A stretch of 64,000 bases of DNA, from contig JASANG010000424.1 of assembly GCA_030248215.1 (NCBI GenBank), positions 186,001 to 250,000 of the forward strand, written 5' to 3'. Of the stretch, positions 37,985-50,539 are shown piece by piece. The notes beneath the pieces were generated by a model, which was given only the letters and a program-made list of their open reading frames with translations, was not told the DNA's origin and ran no database searches. The DNA comes from Enoplolaimus lenunculus (Eukaryota). Each line of letters opens with the position of its first letter. The first letter of the stretch is position 1. The translations under genes were made by a program, and so were the position numbers.

Positions 37985-38670
37985 CGTTGTGTTTCTTTGT
38001 TTTTTGTTTCTCTCTGTCTGTTTGGTTTTGTTTTTTTATAATTTTGTTCTGTTGTTTTTCTGTGTTTTTTATCTGTTTCAGTTTTTTTCTATCTTTTCAT
38101 GTCTGTTTCTGTCTCGTATTCGCTGGCGGTCGATATGTCACCGTTTCTGTACTTTTTTTTACTTCTCTCATCGTTCGTTTGCTTTTCACTGTTGTTGTTT
38201 GTCTTTTTTCTCTCGTACTCTACTTTGTGTTTCTCTTTTATATTTTTTCTTTTTCACTCAATCTATTTTCTTTTTCTCTTCTATCTTTGTCGTAGTTTCT
38301 AACTCTACGATTATCTTTCTCTGTTTTTTCTATGGGCTTTCTTCGGTTTCCTCTACCTCTATTTTCCTATCTCTTTCTTTCTCTTGTTCTCTCTTTTTAT
38401 GCCTATCTTTTTCTCTATTTCTGTATCTTTTTTGACTTTTCATCTGTTTCCTTTGTCTTCATTTTTATCTCATTCTGTCTCTTTCTTTCTGACTTTTTTC
38501 TCTTTCTGTCTCCCTTTTTGTTTCTTTCTGTCTATTTCTGACTCTCTTGTTCTTTCTCTGTTTCCTCTCTCTTTTTCTCCCTTACTGCCTCTTTTTTTCT
38601 TTCTGTCTCCCTGTTTTCTGTTCCTGCGTTTCGCTTTTAGACACTACGTATGTTTGTGTGTGTGTGTCTA
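37985..38670. repeat. ~690-bp T/C-rich low-complexity tract
   Basis: Almost purely pyrimidine on the + strand; gives spurious F/L/S ORFs in all three frames. Confidence 0.9.
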
Positions 38671-39414
38671 AATTCATCGTTGTTATGTCTATGGCTTGTT
38701 TTATCTTGAATACACCATATATGTGTGTCTAGTGTCAGTCCAACCCAAAACCCAAATTGGTTGCGATCTATCTGGTTGTCTATGTTTTCGATGGGTTTTT
38801 TTGTTCAGCCTTAATTTTCGGCGAGTTTTGGACTAAAATTGACGGAAACCCATTCTTCCGCCTTTTTAGGGTCACTGCATTTTTAAACGTTACTCTGGTT
38901 CCTAAGCCGCTTGTAAAAGTCAAAACAGCGATACGTACAAATATTTAGCTTTGCTATTGACCAGCGGGCGGCTTAGGGGCTCATTCGCACTGATATTTCT
39001 AGGCACCAAAGAAAAGTATTAGCCCCGCTTGTAAGTCATGTGAAATCCGTGTATGCCATACACCGGGGTGAGTTGATTTGACCTCAGGCCATCGGATTTT
39101 TTGTTGATGGTATTCGTAATTTGTGAAATGTAATTTTGTCAGGTAGCGTACTGGAAATTTTGATTTTTGCGCACGGTACTGTGTCACTTTTATTGATTAC
39201 TTCTTATGATTGCTTAGCTAAAAGTTTAGGCTCACGTTTAGGCTCAGGTCTTTAGGCTTCATGTTTAGGCTTAGGTCTTTAGGCTCAAGCGGTATTTCTT
39301 GCGCTTATGCTGTAGTATCGTAAATAATTTATATCGAACTACGTAACCTGCACCTATTCGCATTAATAAACGGAAAAAAATCTCACAAATTTCATCATTT
39401 AGTGTAAAAACTAA

Positions 39415-39689
39415 AGCCCTATTCACACGTGCAAGCTTTTTCTGCAAGAACTTGCAGCTTCATATTGCACGCAGAACTTGCAGTTTTTCATCAGCCAATG
39501 AGAAGGCGGCTGAAATAAATTCAGTGAACTTCCGTAGTTATTCACAGATGTGCACTAAATGTCTAGCTATGATTTTTAATGAACCATTTGCAGATGCAAG
39601 TTTTTCGAACGGGATTTTGGACAAATCATGTCAGTGCAAGTTGCAGCTGCAAGTTCTCACAGCAAAAGCTTGCACGTGTGAATAGGGCT
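39415..39689. mobile_element. PIF/Harbinger-type MITE
   Basis: TAA|AGCCCTATTCACACGTGCAAGCTTTT ... AAAAGCTTGCACGTGTGAATAGGGCT|TAA: perfect 26-bp TIR and 3-bp TAA TSD. Confidence 0.85.
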
Positions 39690-39776
39690 TAATCAAAATT
39701 TAAAAGTTTTGATATCTTTTTAGAAATATATACCTAGCGACGTGTAAAATCTACTGTTGCAAAACCAGAGTCACCG

Positions 39777-41854
39777 AGTAAATTCCAGCGAGTTAACTAA
39801 TCAACTAGTCATTCGTGGATATTGTTGAGTTGAAACAGCAGTAAACATTAACTCTACTCTGAGTTGAATTAATTCCAGGTGAGTTGATTAATTACTCCAA
39901 TATGAGTTCAATCAATTCAGAATTCAGAGTTCTGAAAGAACTAACTCTAACTCAGCGATTCAATTCATTCTGGATTAAAATCAAATCACTGGTGTTTACA
40001 ATGCACCAAGGAACGCTTTTGGCTTGCAAACCAGGTTTATAGGGAAACCAATTTTCTCACTAAATTATTTTTCTCAAAACTTTCAAATCACAAATAAAAT
40101 GAAAAACTTTCTGCCAAATATTTTAATTAAAAACAGACGAAAAAAGTGATTTACGATATGGAAATGTTTTTTTCACATAAGAAAATATGTGAGCAGCGAA
40201 AAGTTTTAGTTTAAGCACAATCTTTTACACTTTCGTGATCTTCTACACTGTAAATTTCAGTGAGAGTTGATTTTAACTCGGAATGAGTTGAATCACTCAG
40301 TCTAAATTAGAACTATCAGAACTCATAATTGTGAGTTAATTCAACTCATTCTGTTTAGTGAATGTTTACTGTTGTTAACTCAGAAAAAACTGACTTCGCG
40401 TCTTAGTTGATTAATTGACTCATTAGAATTTACACTTTAGGCACTTTCACAAACTAAGAATATTCTAGAAATTTTCACATATATATTTTTCTAAACTTGT
40501 AATTTTTTAAATTATTCGATTTTTTATTTTGAACCAAAAAATATTCCTCAAGATTTTCAAAACGTTATATACACTAGTTTAATTGAGTTGGTTTTATCTG
40601 AAAATGAGTTGAATACACTCAGAGGTCGGAGCTCTGAATTACGTCTTTCACAACTCACATTTGTGAATTGATTGAACCCATTCTGAGTTTGATAATCAAC
40701 TAACCCATAATTAAATCAGCTCAGAGTGTGTTATTGTTTACTGTTATTAACTCTGAAATAACCAGAAATTACTGATTCTCCCTCGGCGTTGATTAATCAA
40801 CTCATCAAAATTTACAGTGAACCATTCGACGTAGATGGACGCTCTGTCACGCTTTAACATATAGGCGTTTTTATATATTTATCACACACGAATATAAAGA
40901 AATTGTTTTCAAAAGGATTTAAACTTTTCTATACTGTAAAATTCTAGTCAATTGATTTTAAACTCAAAATGAGTTGAATCACTGAGTCTAAGTTACGTCT
41001 GTCAGAACTTAGAATTCTGAATTGATTGAACTCAGTTTGAGTTAATTGATCAACTCACACAAAATTTAATCAGCTCGAATGAGTTAATGTTTATAACTCA
41101 GATATAACCAGAAATGACTAATTGATTACATGATTATAGCCGGGCTTACTAGGGTGTTTTAATTTTCTAACGAAATAGAACAAACGAAAACTAACTAGTT
41201 TTTGTTCTACCCGCACTGTAAATTTCAGTGAGTTGATTTTTACTCTGAATGGGTTATATCACTCAATTTGAGGTAGGACTATCAGAACTAAGTATTCTGA
41301 TTTAATTCAACTCATTCAGCGTAACTTAATCAACTCGGCCAAAATCAACTCAACTCAGAGTGAGAATCAACTCAACTCAGATTGAGTTAATGTTTACAAA
41401 TATTAATTCACAAATAACTAACTCGCCAGTTGAGTTGATTAATTAACTCATTGGAATTTACAGTACATGTACCATATCTTCTGCTTTACATACACTTACG
41501 CTTTTATGCCTGATTTGTGTGATAAATTTTGTATAGACAGTGCTGTGGTGAAGGTTACTGCTCAAGCCCCCGAAGTCCAATTATTCTATTTTTGCAAAAT
41601 GTGCAAACAATTTTTTAAAGAAACATAGTCATAACACTATATAAGAGCTTAACCCCCGAGCGTTTTGGACCAATTAAACTTTTTTCAGCCAAAGATAACC
41701 ACATTATATGCTGCCCCATATCAGTTATATTGGAAAGAACTTTTTACGCGACCCATGTTGAGGGCTTGCTTTGTAGGAGGCAGAGGTTCTCGAAGATTTA
41801 AAGACTGGCAAGGTTAGATTTCGGCCAGGCTTAGGTTAAGGGTTATGCTTAGGC

Positions 41855-41931
<77 letters not shown>

Positions 41932-42615
41932 CTTAGTTTTTGAGCGTTTGTTTTATTAATGTTTTTCAAATGTGACTCAAATTTTTGTTTTGTACCGTTT
42001 ATCTGCCGGTTATCAAACATTCAAGCTTCCCGGAAATTATTATAAATAATGCATTTTTGGTACAGACGAATTTTTGTTTACAATTAAACTCGACCCGCTC
42101 CGCTCTACTCGATAGCAGCTGCCGTTTAGTACACTTCAAAACTAAATTTGCCTGCGGCGCTATTTAATTTGCACCAATTCAGATTAACAGTAATTTAGGG
42201 CCGGAACTATCTAGAATAGTGCTGCACCGGTTGACGGGTTCAGTACCCACAGAGTGCGTATATTGTAAATTCCAATGAGTTGATTAATCAACTCAGAGAG
42301 AGACTTGGTTATTTCTGGCTATTTCTGAGTTAATAACAGTAAACATTAACTCAGTGTGAGCTGATTTATCTCTTCGTTAGTTAATTTATTAATTCGGAAT
42401 GAGTTCAATCAATTCTGAATTCTGAGTTCTGAAAAATCTAATTCACAACTCAGTCCTCTAAAGTGGTTTCAACTCATTCTGAGTTAAAATCAACGAACTG
42501 AAATAATAAATCAGCTCAGTGTGAGTTAATTTTCACTGATTTTTTATTCAAAAACAGGCAAAAATATCCAATACTTCCTCTGAGTTGATTAATCAACTCA
42601 TCGTAATTTATAGTG
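39777..42615. mobile_element. Cluster of about six family D MITEs
   Basis: Copies at ~39777-40004, 40246-40435, 40570-40819, 40931-41130, 41214-41465, 42262-42615 with (c)actgtaaatt / aatttacagtg ends. Confidence 0.75.
41856..41927. repeat. (TA)n microsatellite
   Basis: Near-perfect TA run of ~70 bp. Confidence 0.95.
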
Positions 42616-43841
42616 TAGCTGGAGGTTTGAGGACTATAAGCCCTGTCAACGACCTATTGAAATTTCCTGCCAAAATCGTATAATGCTAAAATTTATGTGT
42701 AACTTCGCCCCTGCTTCGGTCGTTTGGTTGTTTTGAAAGTACCGTACCTGTAAAATCATTGGTTAAAAATTCACTAAGTTTGTTTTGTGTTAAATTTCTT
42801 ATTTGCTTAAGTTATATACTATAATTCAAACAGTGGGCGTCGTTTATGAATCCACATCTGTCCTCAGTGGAGCCACGCAAACCTAAAATTTTGCTTTTAG
42901 TACAAAGAATGCGCCTGGTTTTGAGCTCGCTTCGTTCGCCAAGTTTTTCTTTCATTGTAATCGTTAAAATTCTACTGAATTCTGACGTATTTCCACAAAC
43001 TGCTCACTCCAACCTAAGATTTTCACTGTAATAAGATCCACTGTTACTTTTAGGGCTGTAACAGTAGATTAAGCGTATTCCTAAACCTAAGTCGAAGCCT
43101 AAGCGTTGCAAAAGCGTATCCCTAAGCCTAGGCCTAAGTCTAAGCTTAAGCCAATAAATGTGAGTCTAGAATGTAAGCCTACTCTTTTACAGTACACAAG
43201 AAACCGGAACGGTCCGAAAAGTAACATGGACCATTCAAAGCATCAGTCTTGCTTCTCGCTCGCTTCGCTCGCAAAGATTACTTCAAGCCTGCAACGAGTA
43301 CTCTTCGGGGGTTGTGGCTGATGGATAAACCCATTTATAAATGTATGCTCGTGTTTCAGATTGGGTTTACTTGGCCAGAAAAAAACCAGATAAATTCAAC
43401 GATAACTTTTGGTGGGTGCGGAAATTCCACCCAATTCAGCCGCGGACTTTCCACCGACAAATCCTGAATTCGATCCAAAGCAGAGATCAAATTGTACTTT
43501 TGATGCGATAGCCAGGCTTTCGACGAAACGGTTTTTCAACACATCTTCTATTGCCCCTCGACACCTACATCATGCACTGACCGCTAACATGGCAAATCCA
43601 TATTCATCGGGTCAATTCAAAAGTTATACGTACCACGGATTTCAGACGAGTTTTAAAGTATAATAAAATGCTAATTAATAATGCTTGCTTTGAAATAATT
43701 AACGTTGACCGTATGGCAAGATCACGTCAGATTCAATGAACTCTTGCTATTATTTTATCGATTTGAAAAATATCTGCTTAATCACAAAAAACTTTAGTTC
43801 GTTTAGAAAATTTCGTTCAAAAAGATTTATGCGCTACTCAC

Positions 43842-44467
43842 ATTTCCAACTGAACGCAACAAAGCCGAAGATTTGAACTCAACGGTACGAAGTTGAATTT
43901 CCAACTGAACGCAACAAAGCCAACGTTTTGAACTCAACGCAGCGAAGGTGAATTTTCAAATGAACGCAACAAAACCAAAGTTTTGAACTCAACACAACGA
44001 AGTTGAATTTCCAAATGAACGCAAGAAAGCCGAATTTTTGAACTCAACGCAACGAAGTTGAATTTCCAACTGAATGCAACAAAGCCGAATTTTTGAACTC
44101 AACGCAACGAAGTTGAATTTCCAACTGAACGCAACAAAGCCAAAGTTTTGAACTCAACGCAACGAAATTGAATTTCCAACTGAACGCAACAAAACCAAAG
44201 TTTTGAACTCAACACAACGAAGTTGAATTTCCAAATGAACGCAAGAAAGCCAAATTTTTGAACTCAACGCAACGAAGTTGAATTTCCAACTGAATGCAAC
44301 AAAGCCGAATTTTTGAACTCAACGCAACGAAGTTGAATTTCCAACTGAACGCAACAAAGCCAAAGTTTTGAACTCAACGCAACGAAGTTGAATTTCCAAA
44401 TGAACGCAACAAAACCAAAGGTTTGAACTCAACGCAACGAAGTTGAATTTCCAACTGAACGCAACAA
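43842..44467. repeat. 55-bp minisatellite, ~11 copies
   Basis: Unit aatttccaactgaacgcaacaaagccaaagttttgaactcaacgcaacgaagttg; variants recur at 220-bp spacing (44011/44231, 44071/44291). Confidence 0.95.
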
Positions 44468-44571
44468 GAAATTGCGCATAAACCAGCACAATCTGCTCGG
44501 CTTTATTTGAATTTGTCTTTTGTTTCAAAGAGGCATTCGTGTAGGTTTTAAGACAGTAGCGACAGCGTTGA

Positions 44572-47500
44572 ATGGAGGTCGGCGATGAAGTTATTAGACG
44601 GACCCCTCCTGCTGCGCCAAGATCGCGAAAAGCATCGGAACCACAATCGTACGTATCGATGTCAAGGAGACATTCAGAAGCTGCCCGAGGGTAAGCAGTG
44701 CAGTCAGGGTCGTATCCCTCCGTGGGTGGGAGACGGTTGCCGAAGCATTGGTCAAAATGTGACATTCGTATGAGTAATTAGCAATTGCCGAGCGGTTTAA
44801 GCCCATCAGTGATTTCTTTAAAAATGAACGCGTCAACTGACTCTTTTCAGTGGTTTTAACGTATTTATGATAATTAGTACTGCAGTGACCCGAATAAGGA
44901 GGGGACTGATATTTATTTGGTCTGTCCAGATGTTAGTTTCCTATAATTATTCGGTTACGTACAGTTATTTATCTTTAACCAGCCCTCGACCGCCCATCGT
45001 TACTTATATATCTGGTATCGCAACTATCAGTTGAATTAAGCTATACTTAGGAATGTACTTTTAAAACTTAAGTATGCTTTAAGCTTTTGAACTCAAGTTT
45101 ATTTGGTCCTGGAATCATTTATGCAATAAAATTAAGTATAATTGACATTTATGGACTCTAATTAAAGTTTATCGACTCTATTCGCTTACGGACTCTTAGC
45201 GCGGATGCGGACTGTTTACTGATTGGGACTCAAAATGGGGGCTGCCATCTTATTACCCCCTCTTATTCGGCTCTACAGTAGTGTATAATTTGGCCCATTT
45301 GTTTAGATCCGGAGCGGGGCGTTTTTGCGCGGAATGCAATAGAGAGTAAAGCTTAACCTTTAGATTAATTTTTTGCTTAATTTTCCGAAGGACGTCGCTA
45401 ATGAGGGCCATAACTCGAGAGTAAAAGTTTTGTTTTGTTTTTCAGATGTGTTCGTGTCACTGCCACAAACATTGTTCAACAGCGACAAATAGTGAAAGTT
45501 TTAGATCATCAAGAAGTTCTTTCACAGCTCAATGCTATCTGTGCTCATTTAGACAATACGCTTAGTCAAGAGTAGGTACCTTCATTTGTTTATGCATTTA
45601 TTTATTTAAACTTTTATCTATTTATTTGTTTAAATTTTTATTCATTTATTTGTTTAAACTTTTATTCATTTATTTATTTTAATTGTTTATTCATTTATTT
45701 GTTTAAATTTTTTATTTATTTGTTTGTTTAAATTTTTATTCTGGTTAGTCATTTTTTGTTTATGTCGACCTGAACGCTGACAACTGGGCCCTCCCGGCCC
45801 GACCCCAATGCAAATAATTATACGTGGCTCCGGTTCCGGTATAATTTATGCCGGAGGTTTCAGCAACTTCCGTAGTGAAAATTTTTACAGTTTTAAATAA
45901 AGTACTATTCAATGCATTGGGCTGTAGTCTTTGGTACAATTTTTACGAACAAATTGTCGGGATTTTTAAATATTAACCTAAAACCAAAATTGTTAACAAC
46001 GCTTTATATACAGATATTTGCTAAAATTAACAAATTAAACATTGTTTAAACTACCCTTAATTTTGCGTCACGTCTGGCTTCACTTCCGGCTACAGCAAGT
46101 TTTATTGACCTCCGGTTCCGGTTCCGATACTTTTCATCTCCGGTTCCACCCTGGTACGTAAATGTTAGCTTGCATATTTCGGACGATAATTTGCATATCA
46201 CAATTATGTAAGGCGTTGTTTTTTGCAGAAAATATCAACGTCTCGTTTCACTGCCGGTCTTTGAAAAGACTCAATCAAGTTTCTTGGAGCGATTCGGATT
46301 CAACGTTGCTCGTATTGCGTTTGGACGCATTGGTGTCAAAGTTAGCGCTGGACGTGTGCCAGAACATCATATAGTCGGCATTTATCCTGGTATAAATATA
46401 CTTATAACCAGACTGTAACCGGATATTCGTTTTCGTTTTATGTTATAAAAATATTTGGAGTAACATTTTTATTTTTACTATCCGTTTGCAACCTGGTTGC
46501 AAAGTTGGGCTCATGTAGGGAAAGATCAGGGTCGGAATGTTTTTCGGTGGGACTGCAATAATGTAAGCTTAAGCTTTAGACTCATTTTTGGCTTGGCTTA
46601 GGCTTAGGCTAGGCTCAGGCTTACACTTTGGTATAGGCTTATTCTTACGTTTAGGCTTAGTCTTAGGCTTAGGTATAGGCTCATTCTTACGTTTAGGCTT
46701 AGTCTTAGGCTCAGGTATGGGCTCATTTTTACGTTTAGGCTTAGTCTTAGGCTTAGGTATAGGCTCATTCTTACGTTTAGGCTTAGTCTTAGGCTTAGGT
46801 ATATGCTCATTCTTACGTTTAGGCTTAGCCTTAGGCTTAGGTATAGGCTCATTCTTACGTTTAGGCTTAGTCTTAGGCTTAGGTATAGGCTCATTCTTAC
46901 GTTTAGGCTTAGTCTTAGGCTTAGGTATAGGCTCATTCTTACGTTTAGGCTTAGTCTTAGGCTTAGGTATAGGCTCATTCTTACGTTTAGGCTTAGTCTT
47001 AGGCTTAGGTGTAGGCTCATTGTTACGTTTAGGCTTAGTCTAAGGCTTAGGCATAGGCTCATTCTTGCGTTTTGGCTTAGTCTTACGCTTAGGTATAGGC
47101 TCATTCTTACGTTTAGGCTTAGTCTTAGGCTTAGGTATAGGCTCATTCTTTACGTTTAGGCTTAGTCTTAGGCTTAGGTATAGGCTCATTCTTACGTTTA
47201 GGCTTAGTCTTAGGCTTAGGTATAGGCTCATTCTTATATTTAGGCTTAGTCTCAGGCTAAGGTATAGGCTCATTCTTACGCTTAGGTTTAGTCCTAGGCT
47301 TAGGTATAGGCTCATTCTTACGCTTAGGTTTAGTCTTAGGCTTAGTTATAGGTTCATTCTTACGCTTAGGCTTAGGCTTAGAAATATGCTTATAAAACTG
47401 TTCCGCCCCTGTTTATATATACATTTACCCAAAGTTGGAACATTGTTTTTTTGTTTAAAATTAACTAAGCATAAAAGTCTTAATAGCTAAAGCAATATTT

Positions 47501-50500
47501 TACACTGGGCTGAATACTTCAAGTTGAAAATCATGATGCTATTTCGCGTAAAATTCACATGCCATAAACGGATGAAAATTTTTCAGCAAAGAACGAAATT
47601 TATGTAGGGAGATTTAAGACCCATAGTCACATTGTGGCGAGAAAATCCAGTAGCTGGAGCGCATACCATGTAAAACTTGATGTATTACAGGAGTAATTAA
47701 TCTTTTATTGCACTATACTTGCAGAAGTATACGGTTACTTGGTATATTACAGGAGTCAATTAGTGTATTCAATAATCAGCGCTTTGCAAAGAGTTCTTTT
47801 GCATTACAGGAGTGACTTTGTAAAGCTCTTGTACATTTCTAACCAGGTTTAAGGTTAAGGCTTAGGCTGATATAAAGGTTTTAGACGATGGTTCAATGGT
47901 TTTACAGGTGTTATATATTGCAGGAGTGTTGTATCAACCAGGAGAACCAATTTTACTACATAGTATTGCAAATTCATACGTGTTTCGCCAATGCACGTAT
48001 AGAACAGGGCCGTAACAGTAGTACATGCATATTCCTAAGCTTAACTTATGCGTAAGATAAGCCCATGTATAAGCCTAACGCTAAGGAAATCACTAGTCTA
48101 AAGCTTAATCGTACTCTATTACTGTCCCGAGAGAAAACTGTTCGCTCCTTATTTACATATGGGCCTGTTTCGATGCATTGACCGGTTAAAGGAGTGCTTG
48201 TTTACAGGGCAGTATTGAGCAATCGGCGTACAGTAAGAGTGCTTTTTGCATTAATACAGGAGTAACAGGATTATGGTAAAAGTTATTACAGGAGTCGTGT
48301 ATCGACCAGGAGAGCCAATCTTCCTTCGTAGTATTGCAAATTCGTACGTGTTTCGATGTAGCGACGGCATTATGCTTGATGGGAATAATCGTTCATTATC
48401 AAAAGTTCTTTATAGGTTGGTTACAATGTTACCCTATTGGTTAATTTTAGTAATTTAACTTTTATGTTGAAATTGGTTGAATCATAAACTTAAGTAGTTT
48501 CCGTTTGAATTCACTGTACCAGCTTGACACACTTGAACGCCACAGTGTTTTCACGTATTGGGCCGTATTCTCAAATGTATGTAGCACTTATCACCAGTTG
48601 GCGTTAAGGCTTGTAACTTTCGAATCAGTGAATGGTGAGCTTCGAAAATCAGCACATTTTTTCAGATTTTGATTTGCCCTACTTCCAGACCCGTAGTCAC
48701 CTTCCTTTGGGGAGCTAAAAATTTTCCACGATGGGCATTTAAAGATTTTCAATGACTTACAAACAAGGTTGAAAACCTTCTAGTGGTGGCCAAAATTTTT
48801 CCAGGGGGCTCAACCCATCCTGACCCCTCTTTGGATACGGGCCTGCCTACTTCTGTCCAAATTTTGAAATCTGTAATTGCTGGTACTCACTAGTAACAAA
48901 GCTTATCACTAACATGGTGCTAGGTGCTATACGCATTTGAGAATATGGGCACTTGTCTAAATTTTGGAGTAAATAATTGCAGTCGCTCGTTCCAGTTTGC
49001 AATCACTTGTTAAATGCGTCACGATAGAAACGGGGCGGTTAAAATATTTTAAAAAATCTCGTTTGTTCTATTAATATTTTAAAAATTAGTAAATTCACGT
49101 TTTTTTCTAGCTCAGCTTGTTACCGCGAACGAATCGGTGCGCTGCTAACGTGTGATCTAACCTGGCTTTCAAGGAGTCCAGCCAATCCACTCAATATTGG
49201 CCAGTATATATCGTGTCAAAATAAAGGTATTGTCCTTATACACGCTTGTATTCTCAAATGTGTGTAGTACCTATCATCAGTTAGCAATTGGTTTCGAAAC
49301 AGTTGTGTAAATTATAATCATTGGCACTAAATTTATTTTAAATTTTATTTCAGACGTTTCGCCTGCAAATGTCGCTTATCAAGAATTTGATTTGCCAGTT
49401 GAAGATTTTCCAGTGCAATTTCGACGGTTTTTACCCAACGTTCCGTATTCGCCGTCCAATCACGAGCCGATTCTCAAGTATTAAAACACATTCTTCTTTT
49501 TCTTTTTGTTTTTTTTCAGCTATTTTCTTTTTCTCTTTTTGTTTATTCATCTTTTTTCCTTTTTTGCTTCATTTTCTCGCAACCAAACTCTGCGTCTAAT
49601 TTGTGCCTACTGATTCTGTCATATTTTCATATTTCATCATTTTTTTGTTCCGCATTTAATATATTTATATATTGGCATGTTTCTTGTTTCTCTTTTCGTG
49701 GCTTTCGTCCGAATCAATTAAAGGGGCATTTAAAATAATGAAAAAGTATAGTGCCTTCCCTATAATGTTCAAGCTAGATGCACTTTTCAGTACATATATA
49801 TGTATTTATGTAATATATAAGGAATTTGCAGATATGTCTTTTATATACCAGAAGTCCCGACTTACATTTTCTTTTGCGAAGATTGCTATATAATTCGCAG
49901 TTAGAAGTAGGCCAAGCCCAGCTGTCAAAGCTTCACAAACCATTTTTCTATATTTACAATTCAATTTAATCGGATGCTATTTTGAAATATTTTTGCAAAT
50001 CTAAAATTTCGTGCAACATTGAGTTGCAATTGGAAACTATTTTTTGAATTTCAGATTCCTTCACTTAGTGAAGCAAAAATTGGAAACTATTTTTTGAATT
50101 CAAGATTCCTCCAGTCGGTGAAGCTGAAATTTGAAACTATTTTTTGAATTTCAAATTCCTCCAGTCGGTGAAGCTGAAATTGGAAACTATTTTTTGAACT
50201 TAAAAGTCCTCCAGTCGGTGAAGCCGAAATTTGAAACTATTTTTTGAATTTAAGATTCCTCCAGTCGGTGAAGCTGAAATTGGAAACTATTTTTTGAATT
50301 TAAGATTCCTCCAGTTGGTGAAGCTGAAATTGGAAACTATTTTTTGAATTTAAGATTCCTCCAGTTGGTGAAGCTGAAATTGGAAACTATTTTTTGAACT
50401 TAAGAGTCCTCCAGTCAGTGAAGCTGAAATTGGAAGCTTTTAAAATTTCAGATACCTTCGACTAGTGGTCTTAGTATCGTTGCGTGAGATTGAAGTCGAC

Positions 50501-50539
50501 GAAGAATTATTTGCATCTTATTTTACAATTCCGCTTTGA
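44572..50539 (+). CDS. SETD9: SETD9-like SET-domain protein, 7 exons (first exon uncertain)
   Basis: Exons 44572-44690 (tentative), 45446-45571, 46229-46389, 48292-48415, 49111-49226, 49354-49477, 50452-50539 in phase. FGFNVA..GVKVSAGRVPEHHIVGIYPGVVYRPGEPIFLRSIANSYVFRCSDGIMLDGN..LSKVLY; TWL..NPLNIGQY; ANVAYQEFD; LRLVVLVSLREIEVDEELFASYFTI all follow SETD9 motifs in order. Confidence 0.85.
46508..47429. mobile_element. Family A MITE expanded by a 42-bp telomere-derived satellite (~18 copies), in SETD9 intron 3
   Basis: 8-bp TSD CAAAGTTG at 46500-46507 and 47430-47437; unit ttaggc ttagtc ttaggc ttaggt ataggc tcattc ttacgt. Confidence 0.9.
47924..48190 (+). pseudogene. Degenerate duplicate of SETD9 exon 4, interrupted by a family A MITE (47987-48165)
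   Basis: ttgcag|GA GTG TTG TAT CAA CCA GGA GAA CCA ATT TTA CTA CAT AGT ATT GCA AAT TCA TAC GTG TTT C[MITE]GA TGC ATT GAC reads VLYQPGEPILLHSIANSYVFRCID, versus VVYRPGEPIFLRSIANSYVFRCSD in the real exon. TGTTTC is duplicated around the insert. Confidence 0.85.
48560..48950. mobile_element. MITE (GGCCGTATTCTCAAATG TIR) with nested hAT-type MITE at 48686-48845
   Basis: Outer ends gggccgtattctcaaatgtatgtagcac / gtgctatacgcatttgagaatatgggc (relative at ~51677-51898). Inner CAGACCCGTA...TACGGGCCTG with exact TSD CCTACTTC. Confidence 0.8.
50029..50436. repeat. 50-bp minisatellite (~8 copies) abutting the last SETD9 acceptor
   Basis: Unit aaattggaaactattttttgaatttaagattcctccagtcggtgaagctg; ccagt at 50111+50n. 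Confidence 0.95.

Noticed and set aside
37987..38732. Hydrophobic Phe/Leu/Ser-rich ORFs resembling membrane proteins
   Set aside because: Artefact of a pyrimidine-rich low-complexity tract, open in all frames
43842..44467. 55-bp array as a CRISPR array
   Set aside because: Units are contiguous and homologous throughout, with no spacers
46600..47380. True telomere or chromosome end
   Set aside because: Degenerate, internal, and bounded by TIRs and a TSD inside an intron
46588..47490. LRLGLVLGLGIGSF / LSLRLSLNVRM repeat ORFs
   Set aside because: Translations of the 42-bp TTAGGC-derived satellite inside a MITE
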